Origin: Myxococcota bacterium
GTDB taxonomy: Bacteria > Myxococcota_A > Polyangia > Nannocystales > Nannocystaceae
Reading direction: 5' to 3'
Length of the DNA: 64,000 nucleotides
NCBI GenBank assembly: GCA_039028615.1
Contig: JBCCHT010000028.1
Span: forward strand, 96,001-160,000
Positions 32,475 through 41,571 of this stretch are shown piece after piece. The notes under the pieces are model-generated. The model was not told the origin of the DNA and did not search any database. It saw only the letters and a list, made by a program, of their open reading frames with translations. Within the stretch, counting starts at the first letter, position 1; each line of letters begins with the position of its first letter. A program made the position numbers and the translations under genes.

Positions 32475-33092
32475 TCAGGACGGGGACAGAGCGAGGTCGC
32501 GGACTTGGGCGGCCCAGCCATCGAGCCCGCCGAGGGTGCTGTCGGTCATGGCCTGCTCGGTGGACAGCTCGGCGATCACATCGTGCAGCCGCTCTCGAGC
32601 CCGACGCATGCGACTGCGGACCGTGCCCACCGGGAGCTCGAGGACCTCGGCGATGTCGTTGGTGGTCATCGTCTCCCAGTAGTGCAGCTCGAGGATCATC
32701 TGCAGATCCATGGGAATGCGCCGCAGCGCCTCGACCAGCAGTCGCTCCTCTTCGCGCCGATACAGCATGGTGCTGGGCCCAGGAGCGAGATCGTGGGCCG
32801 AGCACGAGTCGAAGCTGGCGCTGGCGCTGCCCGCTTGCTTCTTGCGGATGTAGCCGCGCAGCACGTTGCAGGCCACGCCATACATGTACGCCCGAAAGCT
32901 CGACCCTTCACGCACCCGGTCACGGCCCCGCACACAGGCCATGAAGGTCTCCTGCACCAGGTCGTCGGGATCGCCGCTGACCTTGTTGGCAAAGAACCTC
33001 GAGATGGGATCGAAGTAGCGCTCGAAGAGCTGCTCGCCCGCGTCCTTGTCCCCGTTGCGCCACCCCTCGAGAAGGGCTGCATCATCTACCAC
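32475..33092 (-). CDS. ECF sigma-70 factor
   Basis: DAALLEGWRNGD, DDLVQETF, FRAYMYGVACN (sigma2); IAEVLELPVGTVRSRMRRAR (sigma4). Confidence 0.92.
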   Translation of the reverse strand: MVDDAALLEGWRNGDKDAGEQLFERYFDPISRFFANKVSGDPDDLVQETFMACVRGRDRVREGSSFRAYMYGVACNVLRGYIRKKQAGSASASFDSCSAHDLAPGPSTMLYRREEERLLVEALRRIPMDLQMILELHYWETMTTNDIAEVLELPVGTVRSRMRRARERLHDVIAELSTEQAMTDSTLGGLDGWAAQVRDLALSPS

Positions 33093-33133
33093 GGAAGGAA
33101 CGATACCCGGGCCAGCCGGCCCCGGGCAAGCGA

Positions 33134-34393
33134 CTACAGCTCGGCGAGCATGGCCGGCGTGACCAGGGTGACCCCGCCCTCGCTGACGTAAAAGCGCTTC
33201 GAATCGAGCTCGCGATCCTGACCGATGACCATGCCCTCGGGGATGTTGCAGCCCTCGGCCACGATCGCCTTGTGAACGCGGGCGTGTCGGCCGACGTTCA
33301 CCTGCGGAAGCAGCACCGAGTCTTCCACCACGCTGAACGAGTTCACGCGAACGTCGTTGAAGAGCATGGTGCGGCGCACGACCCCGCCCGACAAGATGCA
33401 GCCGGCCGAGACCATGGAGTCCACCGCCATGCCCCGTCGCTCGTCGTCGTCGAACACGAACTTCGCCGCCGGTCGCTGGTGGTGATACGTCCAGATCGGC
33501 CAGCGACCGTCGTACAGGTCGAGCGACGGCGTGACGTGCACCAAGTCGAGGTTGGCCTCCCAGAACGCGTCGAGGGTCCCGACGTCGCGCCAGTAGGGCT
33601 CGATCGCCCCCGGGGACATCACGCAGCTGTGGGCAAAGGGGTGGGCGTAGACCTTGGTGTCCTTGCGATCGACCAGGTGCGGCACGATGTCGTGGCCGAA
33701 GTCGTGCGACGACTCGGGGTCGGCGGCGTCCCGCCGCAGCTGCTCGCGCAGCAGGTCGGCATTGAACACGTAGATGCCCATGCTCGCGTAGCAGGTGTCG
33801 GGCTTGCCGGGGATGCAGGGCGGCTCCACCGGCTTTTCCAAGAAGCCCTCGATGCGGCCCTCTTCGTCGGCGTCGACGATGCCGAAGCCGCTGCCCAGCC
33901 GTCGCGGGACCTCGACACACGACACGGTCACGTCGGCACCGCGCTCGAGGTGCCACGCGAGCAGGCGGCTGTAGTCCTGACGATAGACGTGGTCGCCGGC
34001 GAGGATGACCACGTAGCGCGGGCCGTGGCTCTCGATGATCTCGAGGTTTTGATAGACGGCGTCGGCGGTGCCCATGTACCAGCTGCCCGCCGCGGTCTGC
34101 TGCTGCGCCGGCCACAGCTCGACGAACTCTCCCAGCTCGGCCCGCAGGAAGTTCCACCCCCGCTCGATGTGGCGGATGAGGTGATGCGCCCGATACTGCG
34201 TGATCACACTGATCCGTCGCACCCCCGAATTGAGGCAGTTCGAGAGCGGAAAATCGACGATGCGAAACTTGCCTCCGAAGGGCACGGCCGGCTTCGCGAG
34301 CTGGTCGGTCAACGAGCGCAACCGGCTGCCTCGACCCCCCGCCAAGACCAGAGCCAGGGTATTGCGCACCGCGTCATTGAGGTCGTAGCTCAC
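33134..34393 (-). CDS. glgC: Glucose-1-phosphate adenylyltransferase
   Basis: LAGGRGSRL, KPAVPFGG, GTADAVYQN, GDHVY, EKP, YWRDVGT; AAGGA RBS before GTG. Confidence 0.97.
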   Translation of the reverse strand: MSYDLNDAVRNTLALVLAGGRGSRLRSLTDQLAKPAVPFGGKFRIVDFPLSNCLNSGVRRISVITQYRAHHLIRHIERGWNFLRAELGEFVELWPAQQQTAAGSWYMGTADAVYQNLEIIESHGPRYVVILAGDHVYRQDYSRLLAWHLERGADVTVSCVEVPRRLGSGFGIVDADEEGRIEGFLEKPVEPPCIPGKPDTCYASMGIYVFNADLLREQLRRDAADPESSHDFGHDIVPHLVDRKDTKVYAHPFAHSCVMSPGAIEPYWRDVGTLDAFWEANLDLVHVTPSLDLYDGRWPIWTYHHQRPAAKFVFDDDERRGMAVDSMVSAGCILSGGVVRRTMLFNDVRVNSFSVVEDSVLLPQVNVGRHARVHKAIVAEGCNIPEGMVIGQDRELDSKRFYVSEGGVTLVTPAMLAEL

Positions 34394-34471
34394 GATGTTC
34401 CTTTTGCCATGACGCCCCCTTTCACGCCAAGGACCATCGCGGACCGGGGCAGACCGGGATACCCTCCGCGC

Positions 34472-35926
34472 ATGCGCGTGCTGATGGTCGCCTCCGAGCT
34501 GTTCCCCCTGGTCAAGACCGGGGGCCTCGCCGACGTTGCGGGCGCGCTTCCGCGGGCTTTGTGTCGTCGCGGTCACGACGTTCGCGTGCTCGTACCCGGC
34601 TATCGCGGCGTGCTGGAAGCCGCCGAGGAACCCGAGGCTCCCATCCCGCTGGGCGACCCGCTGGGCGCCGGCCCGGCAGAGCTGGTGCCGGCGAAGTTGC
34701 CGAACCTCGGCACCCCCATCTACGTGCTGCGCTGCCCTGCCCTCTACGACCGCCCGGGCGGCCCCTATCTCGATCCGCACGGCAATGATTGGACGGACAA
34801 TCACCTGCGTTTTGCGTTGATGGCTCGCGCCGCCACGATCCTGGGCGTCGCCGGCACCCCCCTGGGCTGGGCGCCTCAGGTCATTCACGCGCACGACTGG
34901 CAGGCGGGCCTGGTCGCCGCCTATCTGCAGCTATGGGGCGGCGCGCGGCCGGCTACGGTGTTCACGATCCACAACCTGCACTTCGCCGGGCGTTTCCACC
35001 CCGTGCTGATGTCCGCCGTCGGCCTGCCGCACTCGCTGTTCTCGCCCTACGGCGTCGAGCTGTACGGCGCGATATCGTTCCTCAAGGGCGCGCTGTATTA
35101 CTCGGACCGGCTCACCACCGTCAGCCCTACGTACGCGCGCGAGATTCAGACCTCCGAGTACGGCGAGGGGCTCGAAGGGCTGCTGGCGGCTCGAGACCCG
35201 CACCTGCACGGCATCCTCAACGGCATCGACGACGAAATCTGGAACCCGGCGACCGATCCCGCGCTCAGCGAGCACTACGACGCGCAGGACATGGCGGGCA
35301 AAGAGCGCGCCAAGGCGGCCCTTCAGCAGGAGGTGGGCCTGCGCGTCGATCCCAAGGCGCCCGTGTTCGGCATGGTCACCCGACTCACCGGACAAAAGGG
35401 CGTCGACCTGGTGCTGGCCAACATCCCGCTGCTGCTGCAACGCGGCGCGCAGCTGGTGGTGCTCGGCTCGGGTGCCGCCGCCTACGAGCTGGGCCTGGCC
35501 GAAGCCATGCGTCAGAACCCGGGGCAGGTCGCCTACCGCAACGGCTACGACGAGCCGCTGTCGCACCGCATCATGGCCGGCTCCGACTTCGTGCTCGTGC
35601 CCTCGCGCTTCGAACCCTGCGGGCTCACCCAGATGTACGCCCAGCGATACGGCGCGATTCCGATCGTGCGCGAGACCGGCGGCCTCGCCGACACCGTGCA
35701 CGACTGCTGGGCCCACCCCGACCACGGCACGGGCTACTCGTTCCGCGATGCCACCGACTGGGCGATGGGCAACGCGATGTGGCGCGGCATGGAGAGCTTC
35801 GGCACGCCGCGACACGCCCAGCTGCGGCACCGCGCCATGCAGCGCGACTTCGGCTGGGGACCCTCGGCGGCGAAGTACGAGGCGGTCTACGACGCGGCCC
35901 TGCGTGCGCCCGCCCGCCTGCTCTAG
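34472..35926 (+). CDS. glgA: Glycogen synthase
   Basis: KTGGLADV, HAHDWQ, TIHNL, PSRFEPCGLTQ, TGGLADTV. Confidence 0.97.
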   Translation: MRVLMVASELFPLVKTGGLADVAGALPRALCRRGHDVRVLVPGYRGVLEAAEEPEAPIPLGDPLGAGPAELVPAKLPNLGTPIYVLRCPALYDRPGGPYLDPHGNDWTDNHLRFALMARAATILGVAGTPLGWAPQVIHAHDWQAGLVAAYLQLWGGARPATVFTIHNLHFAGRFHPVLMSAVGLPHSLFSPYGVELYGAISFLKGALYYSDRLTTVSPTYAREIQTSEYGEGLEGLLAARDPHLHGILNGIDDEIWNPATDPALSEHYDAQDMAGKERAKAALQQEVGLRVDPKAPVFGMVTRLTGQKGVDLVLANIPLLLQRGAQLVVLGSGAAAYELGLAEAMRQNPGQVAYRNGYDEPLSHRIMAGSDFVLVPSRFEPCGLTQMYAQRYGAIPIVRETGGLADTVHDCWAHPDHGTGYSFRDATDWAMGNAMWRGMESFGTPRHAQLRHRAMQRDFGWGPSAAKYEAVYDAALRAPARLL

Positions 35927-35941
35927 GCGAGCATCACCGCG

Positions 35942-37480
35942 TCAGCCGACGTGCCAGTGCGGCATGATGCCGTGCGGCGAGATGAAGTACTTCGACGGCG
36001 ACACGTAGCGCAGGTTGGTCACGCGGCTGGTGTAGATGCACGCGTAGTACTCGACCTGCGACCCGAAGCGGCTCATGTCGTAGCGCTCGGCGAAGCTGCT
36101 GCCCCAGTAGGGATTGAAGGCCTCGTCGACCTCCTGGCTGCGTCGCGCCAGGGTCTGGCGGGTCTGGTCCTCGTAGGCCCGCAGGCGCTCGACCTCGTGC
36201 CGTACCGCCGTGCGCCCCTCCTCGAGCATGCGCTCGGCATCCTCTCGCGACAGCTCCCCGTGGTCGGCCAGGGCCTGCACAGTGGTGCGCCCGAGCACTC
36301 GCCCCAGGTGTCGCTGCAACGAGATCTTGGCCGAGATGCGCGCGCGCAGGGTGTAGAGCGCCTCGATCTCCTCGAGGGTGATGGAGTGCGCATGGCGTAC
36401 GGCCAGCTCGTGCTGGAGCTCCTGCACGATGAGAGCGGTGCGCCACCCCGAGCTCTTCTTGCTACGCACGATGTCGCCGTAGATATGGTCGCCGACGTAG
36501 AGGACCTCGTCGGGGTAGACACCGAAGGAGCGCTGAAGCACCTGCTGGTTGCCGCCCTGGTAGATCTTGCCGCGCTGCACCTCTTGCCGCGGCGCGCCCA
36601 CGGCCTTGCCGTCGCGATCGAGCTCTTGGAAGGGTCGCTCGTCGCCGAAGAAGCCGGGCTTGCCCGAGCCCACCACCACCCAGTCGAAGTACGCCAGCCA
36701 GTCGGAGTAGCTGGGTGAGCTGTCGTTGAGCAGGTAGCTCATGACCACGTTGGTATAGGGGAAGAAGCTGTTGGTGAGGACGAAGAGCTTCTTGCCCGCC
36801 GAGCGGAGCTTGTGCAGCGTCTCGGGCAGATCGGAATCGCGATCGATGTAGCGGCCCGGATCACGCGCGATGAGGTCTTTGATCGAGCCATCGCGGTGGC
36901 TCTCGTCGATGCACTCGCGAACGTCCTGCCACATCTCGGGGTAGCTCGGCGGCGACGAGCCCGGCCACAGCTCGGGGTTGTTGTCGATGAGCTCGACGAT
37001 CTCCGCACACAGCGTGACCTCGGGGAGTTCGAAGAGCGTGTCGACCTCGGCGAAGCGTTCCTTCTCCTGCCCGAGCCGCTGCACCCGATAGATCGAGCGC
37101 CGCTCCTCCCGGCTCAGCAAGCGGCGTCCGTGATAGGCACGCCCCACGTATCCGTGCCGATCGAGCTTGATGACGTTGCCCAGGTGCTTGTCGAAGACGA
37201 GCCCGCGGATGGCGAAGCGAGAGTCCGCATCGATCTCGCGGAGCTTGTCCGGGTAGCCCCGTGACACCAGCTTGTCGAGCGTCGCCACCAACGACAGCTC
37301 CTCGATCCCGTCCTGCCGATAGATCGCCAGGGTGTAGTCCATGTCGAATCCCATATGCGAGACCCGATCGAGGTTGAGGTCGCGATTGGTGAAGATGCGA
37401 CGCTCGGGCGGCGGATCGGGCTCGAGGCCTTCGTCGACCAAGAGCCGACGCAATGCGGTGGGAAGCTCGGAATATGACAC
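35942..37480 (-). CDS. HAD-IG family (cN-II-like) 5'-nucleotidase
   Basis: IFTNR, GFDMDYTLA, LTNS, KPGFF, YVGDHIYGD, YACIYTSRV. Start uncertain. Confidence 0.92.
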   Translation of the reverse strand: MSYSELPTALRRLLVDEGLEPDPPPERRIFTNRDLNLDRVSHMGFDMDYTLAIYRQDGIEELSLVATLDKLVSRGYPDKLREIDADSRFAIRGLVFDKHLGNVIKLDRHGYVGRAYHGRRLLSREERRSIYRVQRLGQEKERFAEVDTLFELPEVTLCAEIVELIDNNPELWPGSSPPSYPEMWQDVRECIDESHRDGSIKDLIARDPGRYIDRDSDLPETLHKLRSAGKKLFVLTNSFFPYTNVVMSYLLNDSSPSYSDWLAYFDWVVVGSGKPGFFGDERPFQELDRDGKAVGAPRQEVQRGKIYQGGNQQVLQRSFGVYPDEVLYVGDHIYGDIVRSKKSSGWRTALIVQELQHELAVRHAHSITLEEIEALYTLRARISAKISLQRHLGRVLGRTTVQALADHGELSREDAERMLEEGRTAVRHEVERLRAYEDQTRQTLARRSQEVDEAFNPYWGSSFAERYDMSRFGSQVEYYACIYTSRVTNLRYVSPSKYFISPHGIMPHWHVG

Positions 37481-37568
37481 GGGCCGGTCCAGCGTAACGC
37501 GGGCCGACCCGTTGACCCAAACCCGGGCCCAAAACGAAGCCCCGCGAGCGCGGAGCGACGCAACTTGC

Positions 37569-38336
37569 TCAGCCCGAACCGACCGCGACGTAGTCGTCGA
37601 GGCACACGGACACCGCGGAGTTGTCGTTGTTGTGCCCGCCGCCATAACCCTCGTCGGGCGACTGCGGCAGCAGAGCCGTGGGGCCGCCGCTGATGGTCAG
37701 CAGCATCTCTTGCTCGACGGCGACCGTGGTGTTGCGAACCGTGGCCATCGCGGTCAGCACGACGCGGCCATCGTCGTCGTCGATCCAGTTGCCGATCGAA
37801 CCACCACCCAGGGCATCGGCGGTGTTGTTTCGAATCCAGACGGAGACCTGCGCCTCGGCGTCGCCACCGTTGACCAGGTCGCGCAGCGGGACGTCGCACC
37901 AGTCGACCAAGTCGTTGCTCGCACTCTGCAGCACCGCCAACGAGCCTTGGCGCATGCAGGGTCGACCACCGCACGAGACGTCGTTGCCCGCGAGGATCTC
38001 GTTGCGCTGCCCGGTTACGATGTCGGTGTCGTCGGGGATGCAGTCGCCACAAGGATCGGAACACGTGGCGCCCTGCGGGTGCGAGCCGACCAGCGCGTCG
38101 TCGATCTGCGTGTCGTTCATCGTGAGGTACTGGGCCGCCGCCAGGTCGAGCGCGCCCTGAGCCGCCATCAAGGCCCGCTCCCGAGCCACGAGCTGCCCTG
38201 CCTGCGTCACGTCGCGAGCCGAGCTCCGCACGGCGAGCAACCCGAGCGTCATCAAGGAGACGGTCAGCAGCATCACGCTGACCATGGTGGCTCCGCGCTG
38301 GCGCGAAGCATCGGGACGACTGACACGGGTACTCAT
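37569..38336 (-). CDS. pilX: PilX-like minor pilin
   Basis: RQRG|ATMVSVMLL prepilin-like N-terminus lacking Glu5, ALMAAQGAL; last gene of the cluster. Confidence 0.7.
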   Translation of the reverse strand: MSTRVSRPDASRQRGATMVSVMLLTVSLMTLGLLAVRSSARDVTQAGQLVARERALMAAQGALDLAAAQYLTMNDTQIDDALVGSHPQGATCSDPCGDCIPDDTDIVTGQRNEILAGNDVSCGGRPCMRQGSLAVLQSASNDLVDWCDVPLRDLVNGGDAEAQVSVWIRNNTADALGGGSIGNWIDDDDGRVVLTAMATVRNTTVAVEQEMLLTISGGPTALLPQSPDEGYGGGHNNDNSAVSVCLDDYVAVGSG

Positions 38337-38401
38337 GCTGGCCCTTCCTTGCAAATACGATTCTACAGTCATGGCAACGACTCGACTACAGCGTCCGTCC
38401 C

Positions 38402-40024
38402 TCACAGGACGGTCGGATCCCGCCATCGCAAGTTACGTGGAGTGAAGACCTCGGTGAGGGTGAAACGCTGACGTGTACCTACCGGGGAGTTCATCGGCGC
38501 TCGATCTTCGACGGCGAGCACGAGCGGAGTCGCGAGGCCGCCCGCCACTTCGTCGGTCTCGGACGAGCCGACGAGCGTGATGCGAATGGACTGCGGGCTC
38601 ATGCGGAACGCCGGCGGAGGACCGGAGTCGCCCTCGACGCCGACCCACCCCGCGTTGTTCCAGTCGGCCGTGCCGTGGAAGACGCAGTCGGGCGCCGACT
38701 GCTCGTTGCGCGCGTTGCCGAGCCACTCGTCGGCATCGCGCAGGTTGCCCGAGGGGTTCTCGTCGATCTGTAGGTTGGCCACGCCCACCCCGACGCCTTC
38801 GGCCGGGCCCAGATCTTCGTAGCCGACGTCGGGGTTCGGATACGGTGGTGACGCGGCCGCAGCCGACAACGCCGTGTAGCCATCACAGCCGACCGCGACC
38901 TGCATGTCTTCGATCATCGGCCCCACTGCCACCGCGGCGGGTGGGCTGTCGCTGCCGGGCAGGTGCAGCTGCGCCGCCGTGCACGTGCCGGCCGAGCAGT
39001 GCGGGTAGTCGACCGCGCCCAGGCTGTCCGGGTCCTCGCCCTGACGGTGGCCGATGATGTCGTAGCGCACCAGGTAGGGCAGCGTGGGGATGGTGTAGTC
39101 GATCTCGTAACGAGACCAGCGCAGGCGCCCCAGCGGGACGATGCTGGAGTCGACGACGAGGTCGGAGGTCTCGTTCCAGTCCACCATGCCCTGGTCGTTG
39201 TCGATCAGCTCGTCGACGTCGCTATTGAAGCCGGAGATGGTGCCGTCGATGGGCAGCTGCCACTGCTGATTGTCGGCCGGCGACGGCTGCACGTCACCGG
39301 TGATCTGGAACAGCGGGCACTGCCCCTGCGTGTCTGCCCGCATTGGGTTCGTGGCCGCGATCGGGGTCCGAGCGACCACGAAGAAGCTGCCCGGCGGGAA
39401 CAGCTGCTGCACCTGCGCCACGTGATCGGGGTTGGTGTTGTCGAGCAGCGGCGAGCCCTCGATGGTGATGAAGTCGTCGTCTTCATCGATGGTCTCGGCG
39501 AGCTGGAAGACGCCGAAGGAATCGACATAGGCCGGCTCGGCGAGCACGACGTCGAAGCTGTCGGCGACGCTCGTCGGGGTGGCCGAACGATCTTGGTCCC
39601 CAGCGAAGGAGCCCCCGATCGAGCTGTTCCAGTGCGCCTGCACGCCGTCGCGCAGCACCCAGTACGCTTCCTCGGTCACCGCGTCGGTGGAGGATTGCGC
39701 CGCGTCGAGGAACGCCCCCGGGTTGATGAGTCGGCCGGAGCTCTGGTCGAAGATCCGCAGCTCGCTGCACAGTCGCGCGAACCCGAGACCCGAAGACCGA
39801 ACATCCTGGGCCATCGTCCACATTGCGCCCTCGAGCGCCTGCTGGATCTTGACGTTGCGCTCGTGCAAGCCGGCCGTGGATTGCTGGATGGTGGAGAAGG
39901 CGTAGACGCCGAGCACGACGATGGCCGACACGACCATCGCCACCATCAGCTCGATGAGCGTGAAGCCGGCCTGCGCTCCGCGACGGAGGCGACGAGTGCG
40001 AGTGCGATGCTTCGGTACGCGCAT
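38402..40024 (-). CDS. pilW: PilW-like minor pilin (large, 540 aa)
   Basis: AG|FTLIELMVAM, DVRSSGLG, IEDMQVA, SIRITL. Confidence 0.82.
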   Translation of the reverse strand: MRVPKHRTRTRRLRRGAQAGFTLIELMVAMVVSAIVVLGVYAFSTIQQSTAGLHERNVKIQQALEGAMWTMAQDVRSSGLGFARLCSELRIFDQSSGRLINPGAFLDAAQSSTDAVTEEAYWVLRDGVQAHWNSSIGGSFAGDQDRSATPTSVADSFDVVLAEPAYVDSFGVFQLAETIDEDDDFITIEGSPLLDNTNPDHVAQVQQLFPPGSFFVVARTPIAATNPMRADTQGQCPLFQITGDVQPSPADNQQWQLPIDGTISGFNSDVDELIDNDQGMVDWNETSDLVVDSSIVPLGRLRWSRYEIDYTIPTLPYLVRYDIIGHRQGEDPDSLGAVDYPHCSAGTCTAAQLHLPGSDSPPAAVAVGPMIEDMQVAVGCDGYTALSAAAASPPYPNPDVGYEDLGPAEGVGVGVANLQIDENPSGNLRDADEWLGNARNEQSAPDCVFHGTADWNNAGWVGVEGDSGPPPAFRMSPQSIRITLVGSSETDEVAGGLATPLVLAVEDRAPMNSPVGTRQRFTLTEVFTPRNLRWRDPTVL

Positions 40025-40026
40025 GG

Positions 40027-40710
40027 TCAGGTGTCTCCGTCCAGGAGCATGGCGTCGTTGACTCGGACCGTCCGCAGAGTCACGTGCCCGATATAGGGTC
40101 GGAAGTTCGGGTCGTCCGCGTCGGCCATCTCGGGCAGCAGGTCGGTGACCCGCAGGCCGTCGGGGGGCGGATAGATCGGGTTGGTCTGATCGATCCACAT
40201 CACCAGCACTTCGAGCTCGAGCCCGTTGACGCGGGAAATCTCGTTGCTGGTGTCGTTGAGGTCGACGTTGGGCGGGTTGCTCGGCGGGGCCGCGTCGTTG
40301 ATGACCCAGTCGACGCTGCGGTGCACGATGAAGCTGCCCCGCACCGAGCCCACCACTTCCTCGTCGTCGGGAATGTCGGCGGGCGGGCGCCCCATGTCGG
40401 CCACGCGCTCACCGGGATCGATGGCTTGGTCGTCGTAGGGAAAGAGCGGGTTGGCGTTGCCGGCGAAGTCCTGCTGCAGCAGCTGAAGGAAGCCGAGGCT
40501 GCGCAGCTCGGCCATCGCCTCCTGAGCGATGCGCTCGCCTTCACGAATCTCTCGGGAGGCTCGCTGCGACTCGATGCTCCGGGCCTCGAGCGCGACCAAG
40601 CCGACGACGGAGATGGCGAAGATGGCCATCGCCACCAACACCTCCATGAGGGTGAAGCCGCCTTGGTTGCGACGACGTCGCTTCGCGTTTGCGTTCGCGT
40701 TGACCATCAT
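40027..40710 (-). CDS. pilV: PilV-like minor pilin
   Basis: GG|FTLMEVLVAMAI, AQEAMAEL, VLVMW. Confidence 0.8.
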   Translation of the reverse strand: MMVNANANAKRRRRNQGGFTLMEVLVAMAIFAISVVGLVALEARSIESQRASREIREGERIAQEAMAELRSLGFLQLLQQDFAGNANPLFPYDDQAIDPGERVADMGRPPADIPDDEEVVGSVRGSFIVHRSVDWVINDAAPPSNPPNVDLNDTSNEISRVNGLELEVLVMWIDQTNPIYPPPDGLRVTDLLPEMADADDPNFRPYIGHVTLRTVRVNDAMLLDGDT

Positions 40711-40711
40711 C

Positions 40712-41386
40712 TCACTCGACCTCCTCGAACACGCGAATGAGACCACCGGGGAAGACTTGGATCATGCTGTAGGTCGTCTGCGACGGCACGCTGCGGTCCC
40801 CGATCCACAGGGTCACGCCGGCGTTGGGCACGGCCGAGAAATCGCCGAGCGGATCTTGGAAGGTGCCGTCGGGTTCGAAGCGCAAGCGCTGCGTGTCGGC
40901 GAGGCAGTCGTCGGGAGGATCGACGGTGGCCGACTGAGCCGGCGCCTGCACTCCGGTGCCCAAGCCGAAGATGCAGACGCGGTTCTCGGCGAGCAGCAGC
41001 GCTTCCTTCTGGTCGGTCATCGCGATGCGATGAAACAGGTTCCACGTCTCCGTCACCGAGTCGTACGAGGTCAGCGTCAGCGACGTGGCATCGATGTCGA
41101 CCCGCACCGGAGTCTGCTGATCGATCGCCAGGTTGCGTGCTTGTGTCAGTGCTCCCCGCACCCCGTCGACGAAGCGGCGCATCTGCCCCGACTGCTCGTT
41201 GCGCCGAAAGCCTTCGAACGCGATGGCGGCGATCACCACCAGCACCACCAGGGTGACCATCAGCTCGATGAGCGAGAAACCACGCTGACCGCAGCGACTG
41301 CGGTCGGTGTGAAGTTTTTGCGTAGCCCGGTGACGAGCCACGCGAGACGACCGCGAGCGACCATTGGCCGAAGGTGTTGGAATCAT
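40712..41386 (-). CDS. fimU: FimU/FimT-like minor pilin
   Basis: RG|FSLIELMVTL, ALTQARNLAI, LRFEPDG. Start uncertain. Confidence 0.8.
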   Translation of the reverse strand: MIPTPSANGRSRSSRVARHRATQKLHTDRSRCGQRGFSLIELMVTLVVLVVIAAIAFEGFRRNEQSGQMRRFVDGVRGALTQARNLAIDQQTPVRVDIDATSLTLTSYDSVTETWNLFHRIAMTDQKEALLLAENRVCIFGLGTGVQAPAQSATVDPPDDCLADTQRLRFEPDGTFQDPLGDFSAVPNAGVTLWIGDRSVPSQTTYSMIQVFPGGLIRVFEEVE

Positions 41387-41504
41387 TGGAGACCGAACAA
41401 CCATGAAGGAGTGCCCGACACGAACCGTGACGGGAGATCGAATCGTAGAGGAAATGAGGTGCAACGTTCGTACCGAGCGCTAAATGCAGGCAGTGGTTGG
41501 TCTA

Positions 41505-41533
41505 TTGACCGTTTGTTATCCAGCTCACAGCAT
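41505..41533 (+). promoter_or_regulatory. Putative promoter with a CRP-type box (41514-41529) in the divergent fimU/regulator spacer
   Basis: TTGACC-17 nt-CAGCAT, overlapped by TGTTA-TCCAGC-TCACA (one mismatch to TGTGA-N6-TCACA). Confidence 0.55.
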
Positions 41534-41571
41534 TGCCGCAGATCGTATTGTCGCGTACATTCCGAGCCTAG

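Noticed and set aside
29019..33092. Mobile element or prophage origin of the ECF-kinase cassette
   Set aside because: No integrase, transposase, terminal repeats or target-site duplication seen.
32475..34157. 560-aa ORF suggesting a long N-terminally extended sigma factor
   Set aside because: The extension is an off-frame read of glgC. The same applies to 2438-4288 (RluA) and 33272-35926 (glgA).
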